Translations under genes and position numbers: made by a program
Shown: piece after piece, positions 26,370-39,727 of the stretch
Layout of the letters: each line of letters starts with the position of its first letter
Position numbering within the stretch: position 1 is the first letter of the stretch
Notes under the pieces: generated by a model
Told to the model about the DNA's origin: nothing
The model's input: the letters and a program-made list of their open reading frames with translations, nothing else
Databases searched by the model: none
From: Octopus vulgaris
Taxonomy: Eukaryota
Assembly: GCA_951406725.2 (NCBI GenBank)
Contig: OX597833.1
Coordinates: 21,328,001-21,392,000 of the forward strand
Length of the DNA stretch: 64,000 nt
Direction: 5' to 3'

Positions 26370-27048
26370 TGCGTGAGTCATCTAAGAGATTATAAGTCAG
26401 GGAAAAGATGCGCTCATATAATTTTGACGAGAGCGGGTATATTTTGTGGAGTGTCCGAATTATAGGGCTGTGCATGTGTGCATTGGTGTGTGTTTTGGTC
26501 AAACAATTTTTACCAGGCCCGAGGGCATTAGTGGAAGTTCGTTGGCCGAGGATCGAGGGTCGGTGCAGGGGACCTGTGGTTGCAGTCATAGTGGGGCGCG
26601 CAGGTACGATAGGATGTACTTCCTTTCATGCGAGCAAGGATTAAGTACCCCACTCCTGCTATTCAGGTAGACATCCGAACGTTGGGTTCCTTTTAAGATT
26701 TCCCTCTTCTCAGTCAGGCACAATCTGCACTCCCTGCTACTATTGAAGTACGGTTTGTATTTTTCTAGGATTTTCCACTTTATGCTGTACTCCGTGACGT
26801 TTTCTTTCAAAGCCTAGATATGCTTGGCGAGGGTTGTGGCGTTACGTCTCTCTGGGATGTTGAAGGAGAATTTGTGGTTATTGAAGTGGGTTCTGAAGGG
26901 GCCTTCCGTTGCCCCCACATACTTCTGCACGCTCGGTTGTCCATTGGGCCCTGTTGGTGTTACTTCTGTCTCGTAAACAACTGTCTCCGTATTGCAGAAG
27001 CCGTTCAGTGGATAAGTTGTGTTACCCCTGCATGAACATCCTGCCTCT
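26370..27048 (-). mobile_element. Penelope-like element 3' end: GIY-YIG endonuclease remnant and pseudo-LTR
   Basis: CSCRGNTTYPLNGFCNTETVVYETEV...KYVGATEGPFRTHFNNHKFSF...NATTLAKHI*ALKENVTEYSIKWKILEKYKPY...CRLCLTEK...LNSRSGVLNPCSHERKYIL: VVY...YVG motif with the typical PLE Cys/His pattern. Confidence 0.88.
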
Positions 27049-27059
27049 GAATATGTAAT

Positions 27060-27515
27060 CTTTTACCTGTTTCAGTCATTAGATTGTTTCCATGCTGGAG
27101 CACCGCCTTGAAGATATTTCAGTCGAATGAGTGGACCTCAGTATTTTTTTTAGCAGGTGTGAAGTGCTTAATCCTTGACCGCATGAAAGGAAGTACATCC
27201 TATCGTACCTGCGCGCCCCACCATGACTGCAACCACAGGTCTCCTGCCTCGATCCTCGACCCTCTGCCAACGACCTTCCACCAATGCTGAACTTCTAAGC
27301 TATGAAGACGTAAACACACCTACACCGGTTTTCAATCGGCAGTGGGGGACAAACACAGATACAAACACACAGACACATACATACATACACACACACACAG
27401 AGAACCACTCACAAGGCTTTGGTCTACTCGAAGTTACTTGCCCAAGGTGCCACGTAGTGGGACTGAATCAGGAACAATGTGGTTGGGAAGCAAGCGTTTT
27501 TAGCACACAACCACG
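27060..27515 (-). mobile_element. Diverged SINE family C containing an inverted Penelope fragment
   Basis: SINE-C tail and head are recognisable. 27164-27287 is the reverse complement of about 26525-26645. Confidence 0.8.
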
Positions 27516-27917
27516 TTTATACTTTTATGGAACAGAGTATCTTGAAGCACATGCAGCTATAAATAACAGTGCCTAAATATTAGATTCAAATTTTAGCACA
27601 GGGCCGACAAATTCAGGTGAAGGGATAAATTGATTACGTCAACCCCAGTATATAACTGGTACTTATTTTATCGATTCGAAAGGATGGAAGGTAAAATCGA
27701 CCTCAGCAGCATTTGAACTCAGCACATAAAGACGGACGAAATGTCTCTAAACATTTTATTCCGGCGTGCTAAAAGTGTGTAAATAGTCGAGTTAAAAACC
27801 CTTTGGATAAAATACAAAGCCGAAGATTGTCTTTATGACGTCATCAATACAACAATACATGGTATATACATACATATACACACACAGACGTACACACACA
27901 CACACACGCGCGCGCGC

Positions 27918-28064
<147 letters not shown>

Positions 28065-28289
28065 GTAAATATCGAATGTTGAAATGAGTGCTCAACACCG
28101 CTTTGGTGGATATATAATTTCTTTACTTTTGGCTACCATTGGTTTCATGTTAAGAAAAGTAGGAAAATGTCCTAGTGACATGAAAATTTTCAAGCCGATT
28201 ACATGGAGAAAGGTATTTGCCTCCATTGTTCACTGACACACACACACGCATGCACACACACACACACATATACATTTGCATATATAGAT

Positions 28290-28600
28290 ATATTGATAGT
28301 AATGGTAAGACAACAAAGAGACCTCGATATTATGTAAATAGAAGTATTTATCTGTAAATATAATATGTAACAATTATTCGGTAGCCATAATAAAACCCCG
28401 AGTTTCGGATGTCAGGGCGGAAACCCGCACCGGCATTTCTTCAGTTATCGGGCCATCAAAAAATGCTACGAAAATGACCGTTAAACAAAGGGAAATTACT
28501 CTGTGATTGGCCGTTATTAAGACAAAAGAACTATTAGAATGACCGCTAAATAAGGGGATGGAATAAAAGGTAAGGGAGTAAAAATGCTCATAGCATTCGC
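28290..28600 (-). mobile_element. Penelope-type pseudo-LTR family (same as 39149-39640) with hammerhead-like motif
   Basis: Reverse complement contains GATAA CTGAAGA...CATCC GAAAC TCGGG GT TTTAT. About 170 bp is similar to 39464-39640. Confidence 0.6.
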
Positions 28601-29509
28601 GTAAGCGCGCACGTCCATACATATACATGCGCACCCGCACACCCACGTACATGTGCCTATATGCATATACTCATCCACCCTCACTTGGAAACACACATGC
28701 GCACCCACACATTCGCCAAAAAATATATACATACCCGCGCACACACACACGCTCGCACACACACACACGCTCGCACACACACACATACACGCACAAAAAG
28801 GTTCATAATCGTCACATATTATACATATATATATACATGTATACACACACATGCACACACACACACTCACACACACACACACATATATGGCTGTATCTAT
28901 ACGACAGGCTTCCGCACAGTTTCTGTCCTCCTTCTTCTCCATCTCCTTCTCCTCATAATTAACATCATCACCATCATCATCGTTTACCAAAGTTACTCAG
29001 AGGACATTAGTCGATCTGGGTCTCATAATAGGTGTCAATCATCATAGATCAACTTGATTCAAGACTGACCTGGAAGTCAAACAGCAACAACAACAACAAC
29101 AACAACTAGGATGGTAACAAATGAAAAACAGTAAAAAAAAAACCCGAGGTTCTCGGGGTGAAAAGGATGAAAAAGAAAGCAAAAATATGAACGATTGCAC
29201 TTAGTTGTATAAATTTCCTGCAGAAAGCAACCACCGGAAAATTTTCGGATCCCATTTTTTAAATTTGCCATCCGTCTCTACGTTCGGAGTTCAAATCCCA
29301 CCAAGGTCGACTTTGCCTTTAATTCTTTCAGCATCGATAAAATGAGGACCACGTGAGCAGTGGGGTCAATGTAATCGACTAATGCCTCTCCTAAAAAGTT
29401 TTTCAGTCGTTATGCCTATACTAAAAAGGGTTATTTAAATATGCCTAATCTTTGAATAGGATCGCGGGTCAAATACAGGTTGCAGCTTGATGCTTGGAGG
29501 AAATACAAA

Positions 29510-29810
29510 CATGCTGGTACTCCGTCGGTTACGACGGCGAGTTTTCCAGTTGATCCGATCAACGGAACAGCCTGCACGTGAGATTAAAGGGCAAATGGTT
29601 GAGCACTTCACTGACATGCGTATCCTTAACGTAGTTCTCAGGGATATTCAGCGTGACACAGGATGTGACAAGGCTGGCCCTTTGAATTACAGGAGAAAAG
29701 TGAAATTAAAGTGTCCTGCTCAAGGACACTTTAACGCACAACCGGGTATCGAACTCACGACCTTACGATTGTGATCCGAATATTCTAACCATTATGTCAC
29801 GTGCCTTTAC
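29510..29810 (-). mobile_element. tRNA-derived SINE (family D head, tail shared with 32965-33352)
   Basis: Shares CTTAACGTAGTTCTC..GGA.ATTCAGCGTGACACAG and GGCCCTTTGAA with 33080-33150. Confidence 0.75.
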
Positions 29811-30340
29811 TTATATGGCTTCAAATTTTGGCACAAGGTCAGCAGGGTTGGGGGCGGAGTAAAAGTAAAGTCGACCTCGGCAGAATTTGAACTCAGAACG
29901 TAGAGACGGACGAAATGCCGCTAAGCGTTTTGCCCGGTGTTGTAACGATTCTGCCATCTCGCCGCCTTACGCGCCAATGATCACCAAAAAGATTGCAATA
30001 TGAAAGAGGTTCTAAAGAACAAACATGCCGGGTTAACAAGGAACACGTTCGGTTCTCGAAAGATATTTAGCTGTCTCCATTCAATGCCGTTAAACAAGCA
30101 ATGGACCTGCAACTTGTTGTCGGGGGCATGGGGTGGGAGCACAAAGGATGCGTGTCCCAGGAACCCGAGGAGAGCCCCGGAAGGAACGATTGTCAATGAT
30201 TGGGGTGCTTGGAGAATTTAAAGGCGGTTGCTTGTAAAAGGACCATATAGAGGGGGTAATTGGGGACTCTACGATTACATCCTTTCGAGGGGTAGTGGCC
30301 GAAAAAATTGGATGAATAGTCAGTATATATCGCACATACA

Positions 30341-30423
<83 letters not shown>

Positions 30424-30434
30424 GATAAAAACTA

Positions 30435-31000
30435 TTGGGTTGTCCGGAAAGTTCGTGTCGATTTTTAAAGGAAAGAAAAAGGTCAATAAATATTTGCCAT
30501 TACATTTTTAATCAACCAGATATGAACCATTTTGTTGCACAATGCATCTCCATCTTTCCTTTAACTTGAAAATACCCTCTTCCCAGAATTGAGGGGGTTT
30601 CGTGGCAAAGAATTCATCGAGGTATCTTTTTACGTCATCCAAGGAATTGAAATTTTTACCATTAACACTATTCTGCAGAGACCTGAATAAGTGGAAATCC
30701 GAAGGAGCAATATCTGGTGAATATGGAGGGTGAGGTAACACATACCAGCCGAGCTGCAGCAATTTTTGTCTTGTTCCCAAAGCATCAAGTGCCGAAAATG
30801 AACTTTCTTATCTTCCATTTTAAAGGGTTACAGAATTAACACAGGTTATAGGAACATAAACCTTCTTCCATGAAAAGATAGCTTAAACTGTGCTCTAAAT
30901 GGAGGTGTAGTCAAACCCTATTTTATGGACTCAACCCTGTTCTAAAATACGTCGAAAGGTAAGCTACTATAAATCGGCACGAACTTTCCAGACAACCCCC
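30435..31000 (-). mobile_element. Non-autonomous mariner deletion derivative, about 565 bp
   Basis: TIRs TTGGGTTGTCCGGAAAGTTCGTGTCGATTT and AAATCGGCACGAACTTTCCAGACAACCCCC, TA flanks. MEDKKVHFRHLMLW is fused to LPHPPYSPDIAPSDFHLFRSLQN. Confidence 0.92.
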
Positions 31001-31089
31001 TATTTCTATCTGACGTCAAAGATCTTCATTAAGGTTAAGTACACTGTTTTGCTGACGAGGTCTAATTATACCAGAACATAGCTAGAATT

Positions 31090-31815
31090 GTGACGTATAT
31101 TTGCCATTTAAATATGGCTAACCCCTAAGGGTTGATTCTACTGCAGTTTGTAGTCCCAGGAGGACACCTCTTCCAGCTGGCTATAGACACACTTTCTGTG
31201 CCCTATCAGTATTTGCAAAGAGAAGCCATCCTTCCCGTCTCCAACTTATGATACACACGGACTCGAGTTTCTGGATATTGACCCGTCATCGGCGTGTGAC
31301 AATCACAGTTGTCGATGAAAAGTAGGTTCCCTTCACAAATACATATACTTTTTCCAGTATCGTAAAGACTCTGATATCGAAAAAGTGTAAACAAGCAATA
31401 ATTAATCTTAGAGCGAGTTATAAACAGTAGCTGCAACACATCGTGACGTATATTTGTCATTTAAATATGGCTAACCCCTAAGGGTGGATGCTACTGTAGT
31501 TTGTAGCCCCAGGAGGATACTGGAAAAAGTATATGTATTTGTGAAGGGAACCTAATTTTCATCGACAACTGTGATTGTCACATGCCGATGACGGGTCAAT
31601 ACTCAGAAACTCGAGTCCGTGTGTATCATAAGTTGGAGACGGGAAGGATGGCTTCCCTTTGCAAATACTGATAGGGCACAGAAAGTGTGTCTATAGCCAG
31701 CTGGAGGAGGTGTCCTCCTGGGGCTACGAACTACAGTACCATCCACCCTTAGGGGTTAGCCATATTTAAATGGCAAATATACGTCACGGTGTGTTGCAGC
31801 TACTGTTTATAACTC
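31090..31815. mobile_element. Inverted-repeat element (arms about 270 bp), each arm with a minimal type I hammerhead motif
   Basis: 31090-31360 is the reverse complement of 31516-31788. A partial direct copy lies at 31443-31515. HHR motifs at 31254-31298 (-) and 31579-31623 (+). Confidence 0.8.
31579..31623 (+). ncRNA. Minimal type I hammerhead ribozyme motif (U4C variant)
   Basis: CACATG CCGATGA C GGGT CAAT ACTC A GAAA C TCGA G TC CGTGTG: helix I, core, helix II, GAAA, palindromic UCGA loop and GUC cleavage triplet. Confidence 0.7.
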
Positions 31816-32152
31816 TATACTGTTTATTAGAGCTCTAAGATTTATTATAGCTAAGATTTATTATAGCTAGAATTATCACCATAGAAACTGAATAACAGAT
31901 TCATTTTCCCCTTTAGTTAGCCCCATTACAATTAATTTTTGCTCCCATGAAATATTGATAGTTATCTCCCTGCTATTGCTAAGAATAAATTGTTATCAAC
32001 ACTAGTGAATTTTTAATTTTGCTTTTGTTTGTTGTTTTTATTTTTTATTTCTTTTTATTGTTTTGCTTCTGTTGGTCTTTTGAATGGCATAATCTTAATT
32101 AATTATTACTTATTTTAGACTCGCAGCCTCAAGTATGGTTGTTTGCATTAAG

Positions 32153-32199
<47 letters not shown>

Positions 32200-32964
32200 A
32201 ACAAACACGCACATACACAATTTACTTGTGTATGTATGTGTATATATATATGTGTGTGTATATATGCATACATACATACGTGTGTATATGTATGTATATA
32301 TAATTAAGCAGACAAACAATCGATCCAGTGATTAAGTATATATACAGTTTTTTGTGCCGTTCGCATGCATAAACGTATACATACATATATACATACATAC
32401 ATACATGCATACATGCATACATACATACATACATACATACATACATACATACATACATACATACATACATACATACATACATGTATATGTGTGAGAGAGA
32501 GTGTGTGTATGCATGCACATATGTATATATATATTTATCTATGTATGTGTGTATGTATGTGTGTATATACGTGATGGTTGTCCACTCGTGACCGAAGAAA
32601 ACCATCCCTGGCTTACGCCCATGCAAAATGTCCACAATACGTTTGCATAAGCGTATTGCACCGACGGTCGGCTTCACCCAGATTCCTCGCCCGCGGCTTC
32701 TGAGCTTCACGCGGCGCCTTCCAATTCGAACGAACAGCGGAAAGTTGCCTCGCCGACGATCGCGCGACCTAAAGGTATCCAGTGCCGATATGGGGCGGCA
32801 CTCGATAATGTCCAAACTGTCCCCAAAATGTCCAAAGCCGTTCTGTGCATTTACATATATATAAGGATATAAATAAGGATATATATATATATATATATAT
32901 ATGTAGGTATGTATGTATGTATATTAGATAGGAGAACATCTTTATAAATATGTATATATGAAAG

Positions 32965-33352
32965 TCGTCGTTGTGGCACTCCATCGGTTACAACGACGTG
33001 GGTTCTATTTGATCCAACCAACGGAACAGCCCGCTCGTAAAATTAACGTGCACCTGGCTGAGCACTCCACAGACACGTGTACCCTTAACGTAGTTCTCGG
33101 GGAGATTCAGCGTGACACAGAGAGTGGCAAGACTGGCCCTTTGAAATACAGGTTCAACAGGAAAGAGGAAGAAAGAGTGAGTGAAAGTTGTGGTGAAAGA
33201 ATACAGTAGGGTTCGCCACCACCCCCTGCTGGAGATTCGTGGAGCTTTAGGTGTTTTCACTCAATAAACACTCACAACGCCCAGTCTTGGAATCGAAAGC
33301 ATTCCTATGACCGCGAGTCCGCTGCCCTAACCACTGGGCCATTGCGCTTTCA
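32965..33352 (-). mobile_element. SINE family B head and body with alternative tail
   Basis: Reverse complement head GCGCAATGGCCCAGTGGTTAGGGCAGCGGACTCGCGGTC as at 52052; tail as at 29510. Confidence 0.85.
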
Positions 33353-33509
33353 CATATGTAAGTACATATTATATTATGCATGAATATATATTTGTGTTGA
33401 TGTGGGCGTGGGTGCATGTGTGTATCTGCATGTATGCATGTGGATATGTGTGTGTGTGCATATTATATCCCCATGTATGTGTGTGTGTTTACGCGTATAT
33501 GTGTTAGTA

Positions 33510-33835
33510 CACATCAACAGCAGATATGACGTCATACTGCTTCCCGACCAAGCTTTTTCTATCATATTGGGTATCAGATGATAGTTAGATGGGGCCAAAT
33601 AAGGAGAACATAGGCGGTGATCAACCAGTTCAAAGCTACAATCACGCACAATAGTCATTAAACCCAAGGACTTGTGAGCTGGAGCATTGTCCTGATAGAA
33701 CAAGACCCCTTTCGTCAGTTTCTTTAGGGTGTTTTGTCTCGATAGCCTTTCGTAACTGTCTCAGCAAGTTGGCATAATACTCCCCATTGATGGTGTGGCC
33801 ATTTTGTAGATAAATACATTTTGCAGTGTCGTAGA
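33510..33835 (-). mobile_element. Mariner transposase fragment
   Basis: YLQNGHTINGEYYANLLRQLRKAI and FYQDNAPAHKS...FELVDHRLCSPYLAPSNYHL. Confidence 0.85.
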
Positions 33836-33987
33836 CTCCCCCAGTTCCAGTTGATGGTGTATTTACGTAGCGGTTCGACAAATAATGAACGATGAGGTTG
33901 ATTCGTTCGACTAAAATTCTTCAATCTCAAAGTGGTGTTTTTCCATGGCTGCAGTCTAATGACTGAAACAAGCAAGAAAAATGTATG

Positions 33988-34043
<56 letters not shown>

Positions 34044-34409
34044 TATATGTGTTTGTGTATGTGTTTGTGTATGTATGTGTGTAAAATACAGTGTACATTT
34101 AAACACATTAAGAGGTTTCCATCATAGGAATCCCTTGCGCTAGAAAGAACAGCTAAAGTCCAAACCACTAATTAGGGATAAATTCTCGAAGGGAATGAAA
34201 AATAAAAACATTTACCATCTATTTCCTGGACCATGGTTTCTGACTTATTTTAGCAAATAAAATAATTTGCTAGGCGAAGTCTTCGTCAACTGGTACGCCA
34301 AGATTAAACATATAAACACGAGGCCAATCCGGCATGTGCCTCTTGCTTATACGTTTTAATTTTTTTCAAATCCACCGCGCAAGAAAGAGGCATGTATCAT
34401 TATCTTCAC

Positions 34410-34511
34410 TTCCTTCTTCTTCTTCTTCTTCTTCTTCTTCTTCTTCTTCTTCTTCTTCTTCTCTTCTTCTTCTTCCCCATTATCATCACCATCATTATCT
34501 TCACTTTCTTC

Positions 34512-34553
<42 letters not shown>

Positions 34554-34810
34554 TTCTTCTTCTTCTTCTCCTCCTCCTCATCCTCCTCATTCCATTTCTT
34601 TTACTACATTTTGTTTCTGCTGTTTTTGGTGTACTTGTTTTATCATTTTTTTTTTCTGTTGTTTCTTCTGATTTTTCTTGCAGTCCTCATTGTGGTTGTT
34701 ACTATTATTACTGCTGCATCTGCTTCTGTTGTTGTTGTTGTTGCTGTTACTGCTATTAATGTTGCCACTGCCCTTGCAGCTGTTACTGTTGCTGCTGCTA
34801 CTGCTGCTTC

Positions 34811-34844
<34 letters not shown>

Positions 34845-35330
34845 GCTGTTGTTGTTGTTGTTGTTGTTGTTAGTGGTGCTGCGGTTGGGAGTTCGCCACT
34901 TTGAGGTTATTCTTTCTTTTTCGTAGCATGTCGTCCAATTGACTACCACTGTCACTATCACAGCCACCATCACCATCAACACCACTACCATCACCACCAT
35001 CGGTACCACCGCCATCACAACTACCATCACCATCAACACCACTACCATCAACACCACTACCATCACCACCATCGGTACCATTGCCATCACCACCAACCTC
35101 ATCATCATCAATACTATTATCATCATCATCCTCACCTTCATCATCATCGTCATCGTCATCGTCATCATCATCCTCACCCTCATCATCATCGTCATCATCA
35201 TCATCATCAACATGATCATCATCCTTATCCACATCATCATCGCCATCATGAATACTATTATCATCAACATTCTCATCATCATCATCATCATCATCATCAC
35301 TACCACCACTATCAGCATCAGCAACAGTAT

Positions 35331-35361
<31 letters not shown>

Positions 35362-35569
35362 AGTAATAACTACGTCATCACCATCTGTAGCGACAGCATC
35401 ACCATCATTCACCATCATCACTCGTCATCATTCAGCTTCAACGAGTAAACAAGAAAAAGCGGCTAAATCTCCATCAAGTTACATTCCACGGTAACAACAC
35501 ATGCATCATCCAGAAACAACAACCTCGTCATCATCATCATCATCATCCTCATCATCCTCATCATCATCC

Positions 35570-35633
<64 letters not shown>

Positions 35634-35720
35634 TATCATCATCATAGCTGTCGTTGTCATCATTGTAATCAATCAATCATTTCCATCATCATCGTTGTCG
35701 TCATCATCGTCATCACCATC
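34410..35720. repeat. Compound trinucleotide low-complexity block (TTC, CAT, GTT, CAC)
   Basis: Direct reading; produces homopolymeric ORFs in several frames. Confidence 0.9.
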
Positions 35721-36716
35721 GTTACCTCCAGCATCACCTATGACGACATCACAGCAAATTAAGTTCACGTGACCCAGTAAAGCAACGTTTCCCATAAGAT
35801 GGGTATCTGTGGAAATTGAAAAGAGAGCAGATAAACTGTCAGCGTGTTTAATGAAATCGATATGGCTTAAAACTTTTTAAACATATCAAGCTCCGTAGTG
35901 AACAAAGGAAGAAACATATTATAATTTCGTTCGAGGTCGTAGTGACTTTATCCGCTTTTTGTATATACACCAAAAGTTCTAGATTGGATTAAGACTGGAG
36001 AAGAAGGCGGAGGCCAATCATGAAATGTTATATCATCGTGACGAAAGGAATCCATTAAATGCTTGCTCACAGGAATTGGTGCGTTATCTTGCCGAAAATG
36101 CCTTCACAATTTGGAAACCAGGCGTTTAATTACGGCACGACACAGCATTGAATATTGTCCCTCACGTAATGCTTACTTTCAGGCTTTTCTCAAGCGAAAG
36201 GACTACATCCAGTTCCCCCAAAATTATTACCTCCGCTAGATGTTTTAGTATTTTAAGAAATGGTCCGGGGTTAGTGATGACTAATAGTACAAAATTTGGG
36301 CAGTCACCTATAATCTGAATCACTGTCTCGTTGCTAAAAAATAAATGACCATTTCCCGTTCTTCTACAGTCCAATTCTGGTGTTTAAGCTCTCATTACTA
36401 TCGTTTGGTTATCTGCTGTTTAGTAAGAAGTGAACATTTTGGTGACTTTGTGGCACGGATGCTTGCTGCATTCATTGGCCACTGTACAATGCGTTGAGAA
36501 ATGTCATCACATTTTGATCCATGTTAATTTTTAACATCACGTGACGTACTTCGAGGGCTTTTGATCGAAATTTGCGTCGTATGACGAAGCTCTCGTTCAT
36601 AAAATGCACGATTGCGACCACCACAATTTTCATATCGAGTGTTTGCTTATGTACAATGTTTTTGTATTGACTCTGATTTGGTTTTCTGTGACTTTGCTTT
36701 ACTTCATTTCTAAGTA

Positions 36717-37275
36717 TTGGATTGTCCGGAAAGTTCGTGCCGATTTACCGTTCAACTTATTGCAGAACATGGTTGAGTCCATAAAATAGGATTTCACTAC
36801 ACCTCCATTTAGAGCTCAGTTTAAGCTATTTTTTCGTGGAAGAAGGTTTATGTTCCTATAACCTGTGTTAATTCTGTAACCCTTTAAAATGGAAGATAAG
36901 AAAGTTCCTTTTCGGCATTTAATGCTTTGGGAACCAGACAAAAATTGCTGCAGCTCGACTGGGATGTGTTACCCCCACCCTCCATATTCACCAGATATTG
37001 CTCCTTCGGATTTCCACTTATTCAGGTCTCTGCAGAATAGTCTTAATGATAAAAATTTCAATTCCTTAGATGACGTATAAAGATACCTTGATGAATTCTT
37101 TGGCATGAAATCACCTCAATTCTGGGAAGAGGGTATTTTCAAGTTAAAGGAAAGATGGAGACGCATTGTGCAACAAAATGGTTCATATTTGGTTGATTAA
37201 AAATGTAATGGCAAGTATTTATTGACCTTTTCCTTTCCTTTAAAAATCGGCATGAACTTTCCGGACAAGCCACAA
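36717..37275 (+). mobile_element. Second copy of the ~565-bp mariner derivative, opposite orientation
   Basis: Same TIRs and same internal deletion junction as 30435-31000. Confidence 0.92.
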
Positions 37276-37571
37276 TAGTTTACAATCCGTTTATGCGTTG
37301 TAGATGTGTTTTCATAGATCGCTAAAATTATGGTTCGTTTCTATTCCTGGTTCATTTTTCTGCTAATATTACCAAATTGAGTTTTAAAAATGGATTTCCA
37401 ATTATCATGTGATATATGTGTATGTTGTCACGTAATAAATATGTTTTTATCATTTTCTAAAAATACTTTTTACATGCAATGCAAAATTTAGAAAAACAAA
37501 AGAAAAATATCATTAATTAAGATGAAAATCTTTTCATAATGGTTGAAAGATAAAAGACATATACATATTGA

Positions 37572-37735
37572 GACGCAGGAGTGGCTGTGTAGTAAGTAGC
37601 TTGCTTACCAACTACATGGTTCCGGGTTCAGTCCCACTGCGTGGCACCTTGGGCAAGTGTCTTCTACTATAGCCTCGGGCCGACCAAAGCCTTGTGAATG
37701 GATTTGGTAGACGAAAACTGAAAAAGCCCGTCGTA

Positions 37736-37808
<73 letters not shown>

Positions 37809-38027
37809 CTGTGTATATGTTTGTGTGTCTGTTTGTCCCCCAACAAGGCTTGACAACCGATACTGGTGTGTTTACGTATCCGTAACTTAGCGGTTCGGCA
37901 AAAGAGGCCGATAGAATAAGTACTAGGCTTTCAAAGAATAAGTCCTGGGGTCGATTTAATCAACTAAAGGCGGTGCTCCAGCATGGCCGCAGTCAAATGA
38001 CTAAAATAAGTAAAAGAGAGTAAAAGA
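37572..38027 (+). mobile_element. SINE family C
   Basis: Full-length copy; an inverted 3' half follows at 38235-38400. Confidence 0.9.
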
Positions 38028-38084
38028 TAATATATAAGGTGTGCTGAAGAAGGTAAGAACTTTGTATCAAACCAGTAACCGATC

Positions 38085-38197
<113 letters not shown>

Positions 38198-38404
38198 ACA
38201 AAAATCTTACCTTCTTCAGCACAACTTATATATTCTCTTTTACTCTCTTTTACTTGTTTTAGTCATTTGACTGTGGCCATGCTGGAGCACCGCCTTAAGT
38301 CGAGCAAATCGACCCCAAGACTTATTCTTTGGAAGCCTAGTACTTATTCTATCGGTCTCTTTTGCCGAACCGATAAGTTACGGGGACGTAGACACACCAC
38401 CATC

Positions 38405-38674
38405 ATAATTTACACTGAAAATAATAGATTCAACGCTATACGAGAAAAGCGGATCGAAAAATCTCTCACATACCTGTCTAGCATAAAGTTATATATTTAA
38501 TGGTACGGATATGTATATATATATATATATATACATTAATTAAAATGAAATATATATATATATATACATATCCGTACCATTAAATATATAGCTTTATGCT
38601 AGACAGGTATGTGAGAGATTTTTCGATCCGCTTTCTCGTATAGCGTTGAATCTATTATTTTCAGTGTAAATTAT
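38405..38674. repeat. Near-perfect inverted repeat (arms about 125 bp) around a short AT-rich loop
   Basis: ATAATTTACACTGAAAATAATAGATTCAACGC...GGTACGGATATG versus CATATCCGTACC...GCGTTGAATCTATTATTTTCAGTGTAAATTAT. Confidence 0.9.
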
Positions 38675-38910
38675 TTTGCTGGTTCAAATGAGGGTTTTAA
38701 CTTTCATTTCTAGCAGGTAGACACTTTAACGTGTCTTTAGAATTTATATAATTTTAATTCTATAGCTATATAATGATGATTTAAGCCAGCAACCACCTAT
38801 ATTAATATTGTTGTTATTGTCAACTATATGTATTAACTTCGATAATAATAAAAATATTGATATCTATATAAATATTCGCTTCTGAATACTTTTACTGTAT
38901 ACACACATAC

Positions 38911-38943
<33 letters not shown>

Positions 38944-38979
38944 TGTATGTATGTATGTATGTATGTATGTATATATGTA

Positions 38980-39014
<35 letters not shown>

Positions 39015-39040
39015 ATGTATGTATGTATGTATGTATGTAT

Positions 39041-39726
<686 letters not shown>

Positions 39727-39727
<1 letters not shown>

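Noticed and set aside
29970-30320. Moderately GC-rich segment with 70-aa ORFs
   Set aside because: No recognisable motif or splice signals; at most a weak resemblance to a LINE 3' end.
34334-35672. Long poly-D/poly-M/poly-N/poly-L ORFs
   Set aside because: Trinucleotide repeats leave several frames open on both strands, with no complex coding sequence.
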